NCBI GenBank assembly: GCA_024275415.1
Contig: JAJRZD010000124.1
Span: 1 to 10,118, forward strand
DNA from: an archaeon
Lineage (GTDB): Archaea > Asgardarchaeota > Thorarchaeia > Thorarchaeales > Thorarchaeaceae
Reading direction: 5' to 3'
DNA: 10,118 bases
The notes under the pieces: model-generated
Told to the model about the DNA's origin: nothing
What the model saw: the letters and a program-made list of their open reading frames with translations, nothing else
Database searches by the model: none
Translations under genes and position numbers: made by a program
Part shown: in pieces, positions 7,069-10,118 of the stretch
Layout: the number at the start of each line of letters is the position of its first letter
Numbering within the stretch: position 1 is the stretch's first letter

Positions 7069-7183
7069 GACAATCGAATCGTAAATGCGACCTTCTCTGT
7101 TATTTCACTTTCGAAGATGCCTGCGACATGCATTTAACGTCAGACTTACTACCACATCTCTATCGGAGATATGTTGGCTGTTA

Positions 7184-8077
7184 ATGATGACAGAACGATT
7201 AGATGAGATGGATTGGCTCTCAATCGGAAAGCGCGCTCGATTGTACCGCCTTATGTATGAACACGGTCCTGGCAATGGCACCGTGTTGATACTACCGATA
7301 GATCAAGGAATGGAACACGGACCATCAACATTCTTCCCCAACCCTGACTCTGCAAGCCCTGAATACCAGTATCGCCTTGCTGACGAGGGTGGTTTTTCTG
7401 GGATTGCGCTTCATTTGGGTCTCGCAGAGAAGTACAGTAGTCCGTTTGCCGGGAAAGTCCCATTGGTTCTCAAGATCAATGGGAAGACTCGTATCCCCTC
7501 GGACTTGCATGCGCTCTCTCCTATGACTGCCTCTGTAGAGGATGCAGTACGATTAGGTGCTGATGCGATTGGCTATACGCTCTATGTAGGAAGCACTAAC
7601 CAAGTGGCAGATTTCACCCAGTTCCGGAAGGTGAAGGCTGATGCGGAGCGGTATGGTATGCCCATTATCTTGTGGTCTTATCCTCGTGGCGAAGCTGTAG
7701 AGCAGAAAGGAGGGAAGAACTCACTCTATGCAGTGGATTACGCAGCCAGAGTGGCAGACGAGCTCGGGGCTGATTTCGTAAAGTTGAATGTTCCTGTTGA
7801 TGACCCAGAGCGTCGTTCTGAGCAACCCCCTCCATATGACTCATTGGAATTGTCTTATGAGGAGATGGTGCGAAAGGTTATCAAGACTGCTGGAAAGACA
7901 AAGGTCTTGTTCTCAGGTGGGAGCAGACTAGGGGATAATGACCTACTGTATCGCGCGAAGGTGTGTCTTACAGAAGGAGCCGCCGGACTCATCTTTGGCC
8001 GGAATCTTTGGCAAAGACCAATGAAAGAAGCCCTCAAGATAACAGCAATGATTAAAGATGTCATGTTGTCTATCTAA
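7184..8077 (+). CDS. Class I fructose-bisphosphate aldolase, DhnA/FbaB type
   Basis: LPIDQGMEHGP, LVLKING, AVRLGADAIGYTLYVGS, WSYPRG (Trp/Tyr/Arg as in Thermoproteus tenax FBPA), ELGADFVK (Schiff-base Lys), SGG and IFGRN.WQ. Start probably ATG 7184 or 7187 (7208 possible), not 7085. Confidence 0.9.
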   Translation: MMTERLDEMDWLSIGKRARLYRLMYEHGPGNGTVLILPIDQGMEHGPSTFFPNPDSASPEYQYRLADEGGFSGIALHLGLAEKYSSPFAGKVPLVLKINGKTRIPSDLHALSPMTASVEDAVRLGADAIGYTLYVGSTNQVADFTQFRKVKADAERYGMPIILWSYPRGEAVEQKGGKNSLYAVDYAARVADELGADFVKLNVPVDDPERRSEQPPPYDSLELSYEEMVRKVIKTAGKTKVLFSGGSRLGDNDLLYRAKVCLTEGAAGLIFGRNLWQRPMKEALKITAMIKDVMLSI

Positions 8078-8093
8078 GTTGTGCCATCGACAC

Positions 8094-8101
8094 TATTATA
8101 T
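8094..8101 (+). promoter_or_regulatory. Probable TATA box (TATTATAT) for fbp, implying a leader of about 115 nt
   Basis: Best TATA-like sequence in the 162-nt intergenic region. SD-like GGAG at 8225-8228. Confidence 0.45.
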
Positions 8102-8132
8102 GGGCGGAGAATAGCGGGTGAGTCAAATAAAA

Positions 8133-8237
8133 AGCGGGTTCTGACAAATCCGAAATGGCTTTAACAGCATGAAATCAGAAACCCGTTCGTGAGGGACGCG
8201 TTCTAGCTTTCCCTACAGACAAATGGAGCGAGTGTAG
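8133..8237 (+). other. Structured 5' leader / candidate cis-regulatory RNA upstream of fbp
   Basis: 12-bp stem 8133-8144 / 8175-8187 (one bulge, one G-U), second stem GTGAGGGA 8189-8196 / TCCCTAC 8210-8216, alternative stem CTACA 8213-8217 / TGTAG 8233-8237. Confidence 0.4.
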
Positions 8238-8239
8238 TA

Positions 8240-9388
8240 ATGGTCGAAACCACTATCAGCGTGATCAAAGCTGACATCGGCTCTCTTGCAGGACATGTCG
8301 TGGTTCCTGATTTTCTGTTCGAATTGGCACGGAAGGAACTCAAGGCTGGTGTCGAAAACAAGATTATCAACGATTTCTACGTGACGAATGCAGGTGATGA
8401 TTTAGAGCTGATCATGACTCATAACAAAGGAGAGAATAATGAAGAAGTTCACAGGCTGGCTTTTGAAACCTTCTTGAAAGGAACAGAACTTGCCCGTGAA
8501 AAGAAAATCTATGCTGCTGGCCAGGACATCCTCTCGGACACCTTTAGCGGGAATGTGAAAGGAATGGGTCCTGGGTCGGCAGAGATGACAATCGAGGAGA
8601 GAAAATCCGAGCCATTTGCGATACTCATGGCTGATAAGACAGAGCCTGGCGCGTTCAATCTCCCTCTGTTCAAAATATTCGCGGACCCCTTCAATACGGC
8701 CGGCCTTGTCATCGATCCAAATCTCCATGACGGATTCAGGTTTGTCATTCAGGACATCATGAAAGATGTGCCATGCTTTGTTGAGATGAAGTGTCCCGAG
8801 GAGATGTACGATGTCCTCGCTCTTCTGGGAAGCACCGGCAGGTTCACTATCAAGAAGGTCTATCGTGCCGATGGGATGGTCTGCGCTTCTGTGAGTACCG
8901 ACAAGCTTCATGCTGTCGCAGGGAAATATGTTGGGAAAGATGATCCAGTCGCAATTATCCGAGCACATTCAGGTCTCCCCGCCATGGGTGAGATTCTGGA
9001 AGCATTCACACTCCCGCATCTAGTGTCCGGTTGGATGAGAGGCTCCCATACTGGCCCGCTCATCCCTGTTGGTCTCAAGGACTCGAGATGTACACGATTC
9101 GATGGACCTCCCAGAGTCATCGGCTTAGGATTTCAGGTCAGCAACGGTATGCTTGTTGGCCCAGTTGACCTCTTCGATGATGTCGCTTTTGATATCACCC
9201 GACAACGCGCGATGGAAGTTTCAGACTATCTTCGAAGACATGGACCATTCCAGCCTCACCGTCTCAGCGACGATCAAATGGAGTATACCACTCTCCCAAA
9301 GGTGCTATCGGCTTGTGCCAACCGCTTCGTGGAGGAAGAAATAGTACCAAAGGGCACGGTCAAGGATACTTCCGACTCAGCGGAATGA
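8240..9388 (+). CDS. fbp: Bifunctional fructose-1,6-bisphosphate aldolase/phosphatase (class V FBPase)
   Basis: KADIGS.AGH, GDD, GQD, GNVKGMGPG.AE, DKTEPGAFN, DPFNTAGL, YVGKDDP (Schiff-base Lys and catalytic Tyr), GWMRGSH, FDGPPRV, RRHGPF.PHRL and EYTT are all intact. Confidence 0.97.
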   Translation: MVETTISVIKADIGSLAGHVVVPDFLFELARKELKAGVENKIINDFYVTNAGDDLELIMTHNKGENNEEVHRLAFETFLKGTELAREKKIYAAGQDILSDTFSGNVKGMGPGSAEMTIEERKSEPFAILMADKTEPGAFNLPLFKIFADPFNTAGLVIDPNLHDGFRFVIQDIMKDVPCFVEMKCPEEMYDVLALLGSTGRFTIKKVYRADGMVCASVSTDKLHAVAGKYVGKDDPVAIIRAHSGLPAMGEILEAFTLPHLVSGWMRGSHTGPLIPVGLKDSRCTRFDGPPRVIGLGFQVSNGMLVGPVDLFDDVAFDITRQRAMEVSDYLRRHGPFQPHRLSDDQMEYTTLPKVLSACANRFVEEEIVPKGTVKDTSDSAE

Positions 9389-9396
9389 AATGGTTA

Positions 9397-9430
9397 GACG
9401 GGACTTTTGTTCCCGTCCAATACTCTTTTT
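9397..9430 (+). terminator. Hairpin plus T-tract terminator after fbp, between convergent fbp and parvulin genes
   Basis: GACGGGA (9397-9403) / TCCCGTC (9411-9417) perfect 7-bp stem, followed by TACTCTTTTT. Confidence 0.65.
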
Positions 9431-9478
9431 GATATTTGCCCGGAACTAGAAATTGCGTTCTTTATGAACTAATCATTT

Positions 9479-9769
9479 CTAAGCAGTGCGTCTAATGATA
9501 TGATATCCAAACTTTGTCTTGACGGGTTCATTGGTCATTTGTCCTGGGTTCAAAGCAAAAGTAGCTTTTTCGAACTCCGGCACCATGCTTCCCTTCCCAA
9601 AGAATCCAAGGTCTCCACCTTTTTTCTTCGATGGGCATGTGCTATGGAGCTTTGCCATTTTTGCAAAGTCTTCTCCTTCCTTTATCTTGCTGATAATTTC
9701 TAGTGCCTTACTGTGTTTCTCGACCAGAATATGACTTGCGCGAACTTTTCCCGCTTTACCTTTTGCCAA
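9479..9769 (-). CDS. ppiC: Single-domain parvulin (PpiC/Par10-type peptidyl-prolyl cis-trans isomerase), 96 aa
   Basis: [17 protein letters not shown]...[17 protein letters not shown] and [11 protein letters not shown]. Start TTG 9769 with SD GAGGTG (9782-9777) 7 nt upstream; the ORF-track extension to 9937 overlaps the divergent gene. Confidence 0.93.
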   Translation of the reverse strand: MAKGKAGKVRASHILVEKHSKALEIISKIKEGEDFAKMAKLHSTCPSKKKGGDLGFFGKGSMVPEFEKATFALNPGQMTNEPVKTKFGYHIIRRTA

Positions 9770-9910
9770 TATATGACACCTCATGATGTGGTTATTACTG
9801 CTCTCTGCAAAGGTCAAGTTAAGTCTGTCCAAATGGCTTTCTTGCCATAATGTAATTGTTTTATCGGTAGATGAACAATTACTATACCTTGGGAAGGTGT
9901 GATGTGCAGG

Positions 9911-10118
9911 ATGAAAGTAAGTCTGTTTCATGAACATGGCGGTCCGGATGTGTTAGAGTATACTGATTTTCCTACTCCTAGTCCAGAGCCGGATCAGGTG
10001 CTGGTAGAAATAAAAGCAGTGGCGCTAAATCATCTCGACCTTTTTGTCCGAGGTGGCATTCCGGGAATGACAGTAGAAATGCCCCACATTCTCGGAAGTG
10101 ATATCTCTGGTGTAGTCA
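9911..10118 (+). CDS. 5' part of a medium-chain dehydrogenase/reductase, quinone-oxidoreductase-like, partial
   Basis: Hand-translated [49 protein letters not shown]...[12 protein letters not shown], a GroES-like MDR N-terminus. NHLD and GSD replace the catalytic-Zn Cys and GHE motif. SD-like AGGTGTGA upstream. Runs off the window. Confidence 0.88.
   Translation, partial: MKVSLFHEHGGPDVLEYTDFPTPSPEPDQVLVEIKAVALNHLDLFVRGGIPGMTVEMPHILGSDISGVV

Noticed and set aside
4949-8193. Shared 8-mer TTCGTGAG upstream of rpo12 (4949-4956) and fbp (8186-8193)
   Set aside because: A single 8-mer match is plausible by chance, the flanks differ, and there is no functional link between the genes.
8133-8200. 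Resemblance of the fbp leader to TPP (CTGA..ACCCGT..CGT.AGGGA), SAM-I (GAGGGAC, GAAACCCG), c-di-GMP-I or SECIS/K-turn motifs
   Set aside because: The TPP central ACCUGAU..GGAUAAU..CC core is absent, the SAM-I words are in the wrong order, the GEMM GCAAA/GAAA architecture does not fit, and CTGA is Watson-Crick paired with no in-frame UGA in fbp. Kept only as an unnamed structured leader.
9390-9449. 19-aa ORF MVRRDFCSRPILFLIFARN just after the fbp stop
   Set aside because: Runs through the terminator hairpin and T-tract, has no SD, and is within chance length.
1079-9734. Numerous 60-190 aa alternative-frame or antisense ORFs in the track (e.g. 1079-1300, 1751-2038, 3776-4126, 5906-6208, 8402-8968, 9500-9703)
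   Set aside because: All lie inside well-supported genes, show no family motifs or RBS, and are expected shadow ORFs.
9770-9937. Long N-terminal extensions given by the ORF track for parvulin (also tfb 1720, sui1 3298, radical SAM 3257, rpo12 4900, aldolase 7085)
   Set aside because: They cross promoter/SD elements or overlap divergent genes and have no family similarity; downstream starts fit SD spacing and/or family N-termini better.
1-10118. CRISPR arrays, IS elements/transposases, tRNA or rRNA genes
   Set aside because: No regularly spaced repeats, terminal inverted repeats, transposase motifs or cloverleaf-compatible segments seen; intergenic gaps are short.

Overview
Gene-dense archaeal chromosomal window of mostly housekeeping genes, with no mobile element, CRISPR array or recognisable rRNA/tRNA. 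An Asgard (possibly Thorarchaeia-like) origin is an inference from the gene mix only. Gene order: 3' end of a probable GGGP synthase (+), Roadblock/LC7 protein (+), type II Met aminopeptidase (+), TFB (+), aIF1/SUI1 (-), B12-binding-like/radical SAM/TRAM-like protein (+), RNA polymerase Rpo12 (+), a 32-aa hydrophobic sORF missing from the ORF track (-), Get3/TRC40-type ATPase (-), uridine phosphorylase (-), class I DhnA-type FBP aldolase (+), bifunctional FBP aldolase/phosphatase (+), single-domain parvulin (-), and the 5' end of an MDR oxidoreductase (+). Main leads: (1) a tail-anchor-like 32-aa micro-protein apparently translationally coupled to get3; (2) a radical SAM enzyme whose CX3CX2C motif is split by a Cys-rich insert; (3) tandem aldolase genes separated by a structured, possibly switchable leader. 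Several ORF-track starts are probably too far upstream; corrected starts are proposed from Shine-Dalgarno (SD) positions and family N-termini.
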